DNA from: a virus
Taxonomy: Duplodnaviria > Caudoviricetes
Length of the DNA: 56,488 bases
Virus record (IMG/VR): IMGVR_UViG_3300044701_000673
Coordinates: 1-56,488 of that record
Reading direction: 5' to 3' (one strand)
The position numbers and the translations under genes were made by a program. Position 1 is the stretch's first letter; each line of letters opens with the position of its first letter. Below the pieces are notes generated by a model that was not told the DNA's origin, made no database searches, and saw only the letters and a list, made by a program, of their open reading frames with translations. Shown here one piece after another: positions 1 to 8,600 of this stretch.

Positions 1-105
1 GCGCCAAAACCATAGAGCACAGGCTCTTCATGGTAGTTGCGCGGGATGCCTTTTTGCTCACGGAACACCATGTTCCATTCGTCGGCGCGCTGATTGTAGA
101 CGCCG
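1..105. repeat. Terminal direct repeat, copy 1 (circular overlap with 56384-56488)
   Basis: 1-105 matches 56384-56488 except at 45 (g vs a at 56428) and 54 (t vs c at 56437). Confidence 0.97.
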
Positions 106-173
106 TCGAACACTTCGTTAAGGATGGGCTCGACTACTGACCGAAAGTCAGTACTGCGCATAGGGGTAGCCAT
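1..173 (-). CDS. Major capsid protein, N-terminal part (continues across the junction into 56383-55642)
   Basis: ATG at 173 with upstream GGAGG; MATPMRSTDFRSVVEPILNEVFDGVYNQRADEWN runs in frame into MVFREQKGIPRNY of the 55642 ORF, giving 304 aa. Confidence 0.85.
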   Translation of the reverse strand, partial: MATPMRSTDFRSVVEPILNEVFDGVYNQRADEWNMVFREQKGIPRNYHEEPVLYGFG

Positions 174-187
174 GGTTCAAGCCCTCC

Positions 188-781
188 TTAGATGCTGTTG
201 ACAGGGGCCTTGTACGCGGCTTCGTTCAGGCGAACGGTAACCGTGACGTAGGCATCAGTCAAAGAGTCGTTGATGTTGTATGCAAATCCGGTGATCTGGA
301 ACTGGCCAGAGGTCGACTGAATTGCGGTGAGTTTGGTGGTCGACAGACCCGTCTGGGTCGAGCCACCCGGAGAAGCCACAGTCCAGTCGCACTCTTCGCC
401 GACAGCGGTTTGCACCGTGGTGCCTGGCGAGGGGTTGTCGTACTGAACGTCGTACAGCGTTTCCGGGTCGTCGTACACCCAGGCAACGATTTCCGTGCCG
501 GTGGCGCCCGAAGGCCAGAAGGGGCTGATGGTCGGCTTGCCCGAGGCATCATAGTACTGGCAGCCAGCAAAGATACCAAGCAGCGTGATGCCGTCAGTGG
601 TTCCGTTGCGGGTACCATCGCTGGTGCCGAGCTGGATAACACCGTTGTCGGTCAGCTTTACGGGGTCACCCGAAAAGATGTTTGCCGCATAGGTGCTAGC
701 GATAACGTAGGCTTTCGGGCGCATCTGGCCACTGTTGTGGTAAGACGGACGAAAACCAAAGGGTGCGCTAGTCGAAGACAT
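188..781 (-). CDS. Putative capsid decoration / minor head protein
   Basis: AGGAG RBS before ATG 781; APFGFRP N-terminus, beta-rich T/G/S composition; lies directly upstream of the capsid gene. Confidence 0.55.
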   Translation of the reverse strand: MSSTSAPFGFRPSYHNSGQMRPKAYVIASTYAANIFSGDPVKLTDNGVIQLGTSDGTRNGTTDGITLLGIFAGCQYYDASGKPTISPFWPSGATGTEIVAWVYDDPETLYDVQYDNPSPGTTVQTAVGEECDWTVASPGGSTQTGLSTTKLTAIQSTSGQFQITGFAYNINDSLTDAYVTVTVRLNEAAYKAPVNSI

Positions 782-811
782 AGTGAGCTCCTGATTGGTC
801 AAAGGGTTGCG

Positions 812-1342
812 TCATGAGAGGTCGAACATCGCCTCTCGATCATGCCCCATCTCCATATTGCCTTCCCCAACTTGCAGCTTCGACTTTGAGGCGCGTGCCT
901 GCTGCTCCAAGAACTCAGCCGTGTCGGTGAGCTTCTCCTCTTCGCGCAGGGGTGCGTGATGGTGCGCCTCAAGCATGTACTTCTCGTAAAGAGAAATCGG
1001 CAGCTTGAACGCGAGCATCTCGTTCACACCGATGAACCCTGCCCAATCGCCTGTCTTCAGCGTGGCATAGTCCCAGCCGGGAATGTCTTCCGGCTTCACG
1101 GGTTCATAACCCAATCGCATACGCATATGGATTGAGTCACGCGGGTTGGTGGTCGTCAGCCAGCACATGTGCCAGCCGGGGATTTTTGGCAAGTCCGGTA
1201 GAGAGGACTGGAAAAACTGCTGACGGAACATCTCAACCCGCTCATCATCGGAAATCTCGCGATTTTCAGTTACAGCGCGATCCGTAAGCGCTCTGTTCTC
1301 GCGGCCTTCTCCAGCGGATTTCTTTAGTCGTTCGTCGGTCAT
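812..1342 (-). CDS. Conserved head-module hypothetical protein
   Basis: 176 aa ORF with GGAG RBS, between scaffold and capsid genes. Confidence 0.7.
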   Translation of the reverse strand: MTDERLKKSAGEGRENRALTDRAVTENREISDDERVEMFRQQFFQSSLPDLPKIPGWHMCWLTTTNPRDSIHMRMRLGYEPVKPEDIPGWDYATLKTGDWAGFIGVNEMLAFKLPISLYEKYMLEAHHHAPLREEEKLTDTAEFLEQQARASKSKLQVGEGNMEMGHDREAMFDLS

Positions 1343-1371
1343 GCTACTCGCTCCTTCCAGCGATTGAGTGA

Positions 1372-1400
1372 ACTATAAGTCGGGATGGCTAAAAACACAA
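1372..1400 (-). promoter_or_regulatory. Putative sigma70-like promoter for the capsid genes
   Basis: TTGTGT-17 bp-TATAGT in the intergenic gap upstream of 1342. Confidence 0.5.
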
Positions 1401-1406
1401 TCCCGG

Positions 1407-2366
1407 TCAAGAGCGCTTCTGCCGATCGTACTCGGCATAGCGCCTGACGTATTGTTTGCGCAGTACGGTGTCATCCCACACTCCGGCCTCAATGAGAGCC
1501 TGCTTGCGCTCGGGGGAAATGTAAATCTCCTTGCGAGTGCTGGCGGGGGCGTGTTCTCGGCCCGATCCCACCGCAGGGCCGCCACGAGGCTCGCGGCGCG
1601 GCTCGTTGCGTTCTTCTGCGGCTCTCTTCGCAGGCTTCTGACCGTCGAACCGCTCGGGCAGTCGACGTGCCGCACGGCGGCGCAGCTCGTCCCAGTAGTC
1701 TGCGGAACGAGGGTCGTAGCCGTCCTTGGAGAGCGACTGGTCAATCGCGATGACGATGGCCGAGTCTTCGTCACGGCCCTGGGCGTCGTACCATGGGTTA
1801 TCTGCGATGAACTCTTTCGCGTAGGTCATCGTGATGTCGTCAATCTGCTGACCCTGCGGCTGGGGCCGCTGTGCTGCGAATTGGTTCTTTTGAGCGTTCA
1901 GTTGCTGAATGCGGGCCAGAGCCTGATCGCGATAGCGCATGGCCTGCGTGACGTCTTCGCCGTTGCCCGCTGCCACCGCCTTGGCGATGACGCGCTCAGC
2001 CATGTCAGCCTCTTTGGACGCCTGAGAAATCTCGGCGTCAAAGCTGCCCAAGTCCATCTTGTGCGTGCGCTGCTCTTGGGCCGACACGCGGCGCTCAAGG
2101 TCATCATTGCGCTTGCGCAGGAAGTCCAACTCCAGCTTGTCACGCTTGATGGCCTCATCGCGGCGCACCTTGCGGTCTTGTTTTTCCTGACGGCGGCGCT
2201 CGCGGATGGCCTCGCGTTCGTCGTCGGTGCCGTCGTCGTCGGATTGAGCTACCTGCTCGTCATCCTGATCGTCGTCGTCTTCATTGTTCTGCGAGAGTTT
2301 GCTCTCGTCTTCAACAATGACGATGTCTTCATCATTGTCGTCGTCTTCGCGGAGTGCTTCAGGCAT
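1407..2366 (-). CDS. Putative capsid scaffolding protein
   Basis: Acidic N-terminus, long charged coiled coil, NPWY motif; position between portal/GroES and capsid. Confidence 0.7.
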   Translation of the reverse strand: MPEALREDDDNDEDIVIVEDESKLSQNNEDDDDQDDEQVAQSDDDGTDDEREAIRERRRQEKQDRKVRRDEAIKRDKLELDFLRKRNDDLERRVSAQEQRTHKMDLGSFDAEISQASKEADMAERVIAKAVAAGNGEDVTQAMRYRDQALARIQQLNAQKNQFAAQRPQPQGQQIDDITMTYAKEFIADNPWYDAQGRDEDSAIVIAIDQSLSKDGYDPRSADYWDELRRRAARRLPERFDGQKPAKRAAEERNEPRREPRGGPAVGSGREHAPASTRKEIYISPERKQALIEAGVWDDTVLRKQYVRRYAEYDRQKRS

Positions 2367-2380
2367 TGTTCATCTCCTTT

Positions 2381-2806
2381 TCAGATGAATGCCTTGATCG
2401 CCAGCGGGTCAGAGGTGACCTGCCCGATGATGTCAAGGTCGTTGAAAATCACGAACATAGCGGACTCCATGTCGCCATTCGTTCCGCGCTTGCCCAAGGG
2501 GACTTCCCACCGATCGCCGCCGTACTTGGGCACGCGAACGAAGTCACCCGGCTTGCACCACTGACCCTCGGGCCAGCTCTCTTGGGTGTTGCGGTTTTTG
2601 AAAGACAGCGGCCCGACGTTAACCACCTTGGCCACCTGCGTGTTCCACTTCTCAGTGTCGCGGGATTCGCTGTGAAGAATAAGGCCGCCCGATGTCATCG
2701 TCTTGGGGGTCCGGATTTGAACCAGAACGCGGCTACCGAAAGGCTGTACGCCCGGATCAACGTCCGGGAAAGCCTCCGCCATTGCGCTCTCAGAGGTCGT
2801 TGTCAC
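2381..2806 (-). CDS. groES: Co-chaperonin GroES (Cpn10)-like protein
   Basis: QPFGSRVLV, TSGGLIL mobile loop, KVVNVGP, KPGDFV..PKYGG, DLDIIG; GTG start after GAGGAG. Confidence 0.85.
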   Translation of the reverse strand: MTTTSESAMAEAFPDVDPGVQPFGSRVLVQIRTPKTMTSGGLILHSESRDTEKWNTQVAKVVNVGPLSFKNRNTQESWPEGQWCKPGDFVRVPKYGGDRWEVPLGKRGTNGDMESAMFVIFNDLDIIGQVTSDPLAIKAFI

Positions 2807-2987
2807 TGTATTTCTCCTCATCAAGAAGTTTTAAGAGTACGTTGATCGCTGCCTCATATCCGGCAACGACGCCGACACGATACCCGTACTCAAAGGCATC
2901 GCGAGCTTGTGGCCGACTCAAGGCGTCAACAGCGAACTGCTGCTGTTCTGCCTTGAGCCGGTTTAACAGTTTAGCTTCAATGCTCAC
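2790..2987 (-). CDS. Hypothetical protein
   Basis: 65 aa, overlaps its neighbours in a coupled operon. Confidence 0.7.
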   Translation of the reverse strand: MSIEAKLLNRLKAEQQQFAVDALSRPQARDAFEYGYRVGVVAGYEAAINVLLKLLDEEKYSDNDL

Positions 2988-3124
2988 GCTTGGTTTTTCT
3001 CGACCTTGGGCGCGGGGGGCAGAGACTGCCCGTCACATTTTTCGCCCGCCGCCATGCGGTGCTTTTGCTTAACCAAAGCGCTGTTCATCGGAACTTCTTT
3101 GGCCTTGTTCGGGTTGTCGCTCAT
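2984..3124 (-). CDS. Small hypothetical protein (46 aa, not in ORF track)
   Basis: AGGAG RBS, MSDNPNKAKEVPMNSALVKQKHRMAAGEK...; stop overlaps the next start. Confidence 0.6.
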   Translation of the reverse strand: MSDNPNKAKEVPMNSALVKQKHRMAAGEKCDGQSLPPAPKVEKNQA

Positions 3125-3136
3125 AGCGCTCTCCTA

Positions 3137-5632
3137 TCAGGGGTTGGGGTTGATGCCTGTGCCGGTGCTCACGGCGACCTTCTCACCCGTCGCCATCTCG
3201 GCTGCGGCAAGCAGTTTCGCGGTGTCGTTGTCAGCCGTGTTCATGCGCTCACGGGCCGCGATCTCCTCTGCGGTGCGCATGCTCTCCTGCTGCTGCTTGA
3301 ACATATCAAGCTGCATCTGCTCGGCGCGAGCCTGCTGCTGCGCGGCCAGCTTCTGGGCCTCAAGCTGCTGCTGCGTCTGCATTTTTTGCGACTCAATCTG
3401 CATGCGGCCTTGGTCAATCGCAGCGCGCTGCTGCATCTCCTGACCCTTCATCTGCATGTTCATCTGAGCGATCTGCATGCTGTTGTCCGGCGGCATCGGC
3501 GGCTGCGGCTTGAACTGCTCGGCAGCCTGCGTGATGGCCGCAAGTTCCTGACCGAACCCACCAAGCTGCTGCTCGATCAGTTGCTGGACCTGAAGGATCA
3601 GCTTGACCTGCTGCTCGGCATCCGCCTCAATCAGACCCTCACGCTCTGCCTTGTCCACGGCATTGTGCGACTCAACGAGGTAGTAGTTCAGCAGGTGATC
3701 CTTCAGGTGCTGCGCCATTGCGTAGAGCGACGCCTGCATGATCGGTGGGTTGCCGCCAAGCAGCGGCGACTTCAGGAACGCCATGTGCGTCATGATGTGC
3801 GCCAGGTGATCCTGACGCGGCAGCACATAGAGCGGCCTGCCCATTGCAGCTGCCACGTTCTCGCTGACCGGGTCCATATCCTGCTCGGTCAACAGCGGCT
3901 GCAGGACTTCCTCTCCCGGCACCTTCAGGGTGCGAAGGAACATCTCCTCGACCTTACGCTGGTCGTAGAGCTGCGGCATCATGGCCGCCCGCTGCATGAT
4001 CGCTTGGATCTGAGCAAAGCGCTGCGTCTCGCTAAAGATCGCGGGATCGCTGACCGGCACGACATCCGACGGGCCGTCGAAGTCTGACGGGTCGATCTCA
4101 AGGCCCGATTCCTGCGCTGCGATGTCTTCTTCGGTCAGGTATGCCGAGTTGATGCGGTGCAGGATTTTGAAGCAGCGTGCCATGGCGCTGTGCAGGCGCG
4201 AGTGGATGCTGCTGAACACCACCATGCCCTGCTCAATCAGAGCCATGGTGGTGCCGACGGGCTGGTTAGGGTTCTGGTCAGACAGCTTCTCAAACGAGGT
4301 CTGCACCACGCCCTTGCCCGCGTCCACCAAGAAGCCCAGAAGCTGGAACAGCACCGGGCTCGGCGGGTTGAACGGCATCGGCATGGCAAGCTTGCGCACG
4401 TCGTCGATCAGCGCGCCGCCCTCCATCTCAACCACCTCGGTCGGCTGCAGGTTGATGGTCTGGCCGTTGGGGCCGCCCTTCAACTTCAAGAGCGTGGGCA
4501 CGTTCTGGATGTGGGCGCTGTCGAGCAGGGCGCGCAGGGCGCCCGTCGCGGCACCGCTCAGGCCGCCGATCATGTGCGTCAGGCCGATGGGGTAAGCCCC
4601 GCGCCACGGCACGAACGGGAACTCGACGATCCAGTCCAGCTCCTTGCGGTATTTGTCCTCGGCCTCCCAGTTACGGTAAAGCGACAGGGCTTGTCCGCTC
4701 GACTTGTCGATGCTCAGGATGTACGGGCTCAGGTCTTCTTCGTCGAACGACAGATACGTGTAGATCTCAAAGATCGTGCGCAGGCCGTCCTCGTTGTAGC
4801 TGGTCTCCTTGCGACCCTCGATCTTGTCGTTGGCTTGGCTCGCCTTGCTGAAGTCCGGATCTTCGGGCATGCCGATGTCAACGTCGCGGTACATCCCCGA
4901 CTTGACGCGCTTTTGGTAGTCCATCTTGGTGATGTACTGCACGTGCGTCTTGCGCTCGGCGGTGTAGAAGTTCGTCGCGGCGAACGGCAGGTACACGTCG
5001 TCGATCGGGATGAACTCGCTGGCCGGGCGACGATGCTGCGGGTTCCACATGAACTTCATGTACTGACCGCCGCCGAGGGGGAGCTGCGTGCTCAGCTGCT
5101 CCAGCTCGCCCCGGAACTCGGTCATCTGCTCGGTGGTCTGCCAATTCATGAACTCAGCCTTGCGCTGAGCCTTCTCGACTTTGACTTTGTCCGACTCGCC
5201 GTAGATCTTGCTCTTCACCGGGCCAGAAGGCGGGAAGACCTCCTTCATAAAGCGCGCGGAGAAGTCCACGCAGGCCTCGACCAGCATCGGGTGTACGACT
5301 TTAGTCGCACCTGAGAACTGCGCGCCGCCGGGTGCGTCATCGCCTAGTCCCGTACGACGCAGACCCTCCTCGTAGAGTTTGTCGCGCTTTTCGCGGGCTT
5401 CCTTGTCGCGGTCGATCTTTTCAAGGAGATCCTGCACGCACTCCTTCAGCTCGCCGGGGTCAACCTCGTCGACGATGTTGGCGAAGTGCTCAAGGTTCTT
5501 GCGCTCATCTTCCTCGTTCTCAAGGCGGATGATGGCGCCACCGTCCTCGGTGTCCTCGACCTCTGATGTCTCGTCCATCAGCTCAACCATCTCGCCTTCG
5601 AGCCGGTCCTCGTTCTCGTCAATATCAGCCAC
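3137..5632 (-). CDS. Portal protein
   Basis: 831 aa; VHPMLVEA, GPVKSKI, GLTHMIGGLS..ATGALRALLD and PVGTTMAL motifs, Q-rich C-terminal coiled coil; downstream of terminase. Confidence 0.88.
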   Translation of the reverse strand: MADIDENEDRLEGEMVELMDETSEVEDTEDGGAIIRLENEEDERKNLEHFANIVDEVDPGELKECVQDLLEKIDRDKEAREKRDKLYEEGLRRTGLGDDAPGGAQFSGATKVVHPMLVEACVDFSARFMKEVFPPSGPVKSKIYGESDKVKVEKAQRKAEFMNWQTTEQMTEFRGELEQLSTQLPLGGGQYMKFMWNPQHRRPASEFIPIDDVYLPFAATNFYTAERKTHVQYITKMDYQKRVKSGMYRDVDIGMPEDPDFSKASQANDKIEGRKETSYNEDGLRTIFEIYTYLSFDEEDLSPYILSIDKSSGQALSLYRNWEAEDKYRKELDWIVEFPFVPWRGAYPIGLTHMIGGLSGAATGALRALLDSAHIQNVPTLLKLKGGPNGQTINLQPTEVVEMEGGALIDDVRKLAMPMPFNPPSPVLFQLLGFLVDAGKGVVQTSFEKLSDQNPNQPVGTTMALIEQGMVVFSSIHSRLHSAMARCFKILHRINSAYLTEEDIAAQESGLEIDPSDFDGPSDVVPVSDPAIFSETQRFAQIQAIMQRAAMMPQLYDQRKVEEMFLRTLKVPGEEVLQPLLTEQDMDPVSENVAAAMGRPLYVLPRQDHLAHIMTHMAFLKSPLLGGNPPIMQASLYAMAQHLKDHLLNYYLVESHNAVDKAEREGLIEADAEQQVKLILQVQQLIEQQLGGFGQELAAITQAAEQFKPQPPMPPDNSMQIAQMNMQMKGQEMQQRAAIDQGRMQIESQKMQTQQQLEAQKLAAQQQARAEQMQLDMFKQQQESMRTAEEIAARERMNTADNDTAKLLAAAEMATGEKVAVSTGTGINPNP

Positions 5633-8600
5633 GGTTGACCTCGCGAAGTTGGTTGATGATCCGGTTTACGGCAGAGGGATCGTATTTGACAGCGCCGCCA
5701 GCCGCAAACTCATTTTTTCCAGCCTTGCTGGCGCGGGTTTCGATTGCGTCTGGGTCGTACTGGGATGCGCCAAGGCCCGCAGCCCCGACAGCCGCGCCTG
5801 CGCTGATGTTCTTTGAGGCGCGCATCGCCGGGTCGAACTTGGCAAAGCGCGAGCGCAAGACGGCGTCGCTGCCTGTTGGGCGATCAGCCAGCATGATGTG
5901 GCTCACGCTTCCAGCGTCTTCAACATCGTTCATGTACGGGATCGACGTGTAACCTTCTTTGGCCAAGCGCTCGCGCATAAACGGCGCAGCGAGGCGACGA
6001 TCCATGTTGTTCGCGTCCGATACCGCCGAGATGAACATCTCTAAGTCCATCTCAGTCCAAGGCTTGCCGGTGACCGGGTTCAAGAACGGCTTGGACAAGT
6101 CAGCCTTCATCGGAAGCGTGAAGCCCAATGCAGGCGGCACGCCTTCAGGCTTGGCAAAGCCCATGTAACGAGCCTCGGCTGCCTGCGGCGTCCCGACGTG
6201 CGGGCCGAGCTGGCTCATGGCCGATTTAGACTGGTTCAGGTCAAACTCTGAGAAGTCATCAGGCGATCTGGACCAGTGGTAGACATCTGACCAATCTTTA
6301 CCGAATGGTGCTGCGTTGGCAGCAGGCGCGCCACCCGTCAGCCCCTCCATCACCGCAGCCGCTGCCGGTGTGCCGACACGCTTGGCAACAGCCGCAGGCC
6401 CGGCGACGCCAGCCACGCCAGAGAGCATGTCGCCCAAGGCGGCCAAGCGGTCATATCCAGACGCATCCGCAGACGTCAGGCGAGACCCGGCGCGCATAGC
6501 GCCACCGATCGCCTCAACCGGATTGAGGTACTTGTTGACCAGCGCCAACCGATCGCCGATGCCGCCGACGTTCATCAGGCTCGGGTCTTGCGCAGGCACC
6601 GCGTTGGGGCTGCGCTCCTGAGCCATCATGTCCAAGTCGCGCAACAAAATTGCGCGCTGGAGTTCGTCGTCGGAATTAACTGCGCCACCCTCGGCGTACT
6701 TTTGGTCGAGATCATCAAGGCTTGAAGCGCGCAGCTTCATTATCTCTTGGATGTCTGCCTCTGGGATGCCTCTGTTTCTGAGTTGTTGAGGCGTAAGTCC
6801 CAGTAAGCCTTTTGCAGGCTCTCCTGTCCCCGGGGCGAGACGAAGTCCGTCACCAGCTCCAGTTCCCCCAGAAGCTCCTCGTCCGACACCGGGCGCTTCA
6901 GGCGATACAAGTCGCTCACCGCCGCGTCCAACAGATCCTTCTGCCTCTGGGATAATCCCTTCAGGTGCGGCCCGATGACTCGGCGCACCTGCTCCACGAA
7001 TGCCTGCCGCCGTGGCTGTTCTGTCTGCATTGCTTCCACTCCATCTCATGACGATGACGGGCGGCATGCCCATGCTTTCGTCCCAGCCATCCGACTTCCA
7101 AGCAGCCAACAGATCTTTGAAGGCCTGCTCACCATGGTCAGCTATATACATGTCTCGGTCAAAAGGAACCCGTCCGACCTCTTCAAAGCCAAATTTTTTG
7201 TAGTATTGTGGCAAAAAACCATCCGGGAAGCGCTTTGACGGGACCGCAAACGCATCAAGGACGGTGACGCCATCTTCGATAGCCTTTGCCATAACGCTGG
7301 GGGCAGCAGTGCCCTTGGAGCCGGGTGCGTTGCTGACGACGCCGACCAGAGCCTTGTCGTCTGGCATCATCTCAACTCCGGCCCAAGAATAGTCCGGTTT
7401 GGCGTCAACGCCGAAAAACACGTCGTCATCGCCGAGCTGATAGACCGTCAGGTCTCCAGTTTTTGCGCCTCTCTTGATGTCGTCCGCAGTGTAGTTGGTC
7501 AGCGCGGGCTTATACTTGTTGTTGTTGATCGCATCAACAAAAGCCTGCGGAGAGGCGCCACCTGCGTTCACTGCTTTCGTCGTGGGTTTCCACTTATTGA
7601 GCAGGGAGTTGGTGATGATCCGCGTGTCGATCGGCGACAGGCGCATCGCCGACTCAACTGGATATTGATTGCTTCTTGTTTGGAGAAGTCGCTCCAGATC
7701 TTCGACCTGCTTGCCGGTGACTTCTTGGATGGGAAGCTGCAGGTCGAACGCGCGACGGCCCCCCTTGTTGAACTCAGGACCAAAGGCCCTGATGTTCTTC
7801 TCGCCCCAGAAATCTGGGAACATCTCAAAAGTCGAGATGTTCTGGTCCAATGCTCCAAAGACGCGGCCACGGATACCATAACGATAGCTTGGATGGACAG
7901 GCAGACCTTCTGCCAACAGATCGACAGGCGGCGCGCTGAAGTCTGGCTCAATGAACAAAAGCGTGTCTCGGGGGTTGGCGCCAGCATACCGTGGGTCAAC
8001 AGTTTCCTGCAGCAAGCGATTGATGTTGGGAAGCCCCTGCTCCTGCATGCCCTTGCTGCCGATGATGTCGGCAATTCTGCTGCGCTCCTGAAAGCTTGCG
8101 TTGTTAATGAACTCTTGGATGTTCGGGCTTTCAAAGCCCGGGAAACGCTCCAGACGGGAAAGAGCTGGATCCCCACCAGCCGCAGACATGCGAACGCGGG
8201 TGTCTAGTTCTTGGAGGACGTCGCGCGGAAGGCGTTGGTCACGAGCGTAAGCCTCTGTCGTCTTGATCAGAGAATTAATGAAGCTGATGTTTGACTGATG
8301 GCTTGTCGGGTTCATGGCCGTGACGGCGATGAGGTCTGCGCCAGATCCAGCCTTCTTCGAGCCAACATGCTTGCCCTGTACAGCCCATGCCAAGCCAGCG
8401 TCTTGGCTGGATTTCAACAAAGGATAACCCGGTCCGCCCATCATGGGCTCAGGCACGTCAATCTTTGAAGCATCAATGCCAGTGTAATAACCGCCAGTTC
8501 TCGTCAAGTCTGCCACGGTTGGGATGATGCGGGCGTCAAGTATGTCTTTCGGTGTGATGCGAGGAATTGGCGCCAGAGGGGCTTCTTGGTCCGCGCGAGC

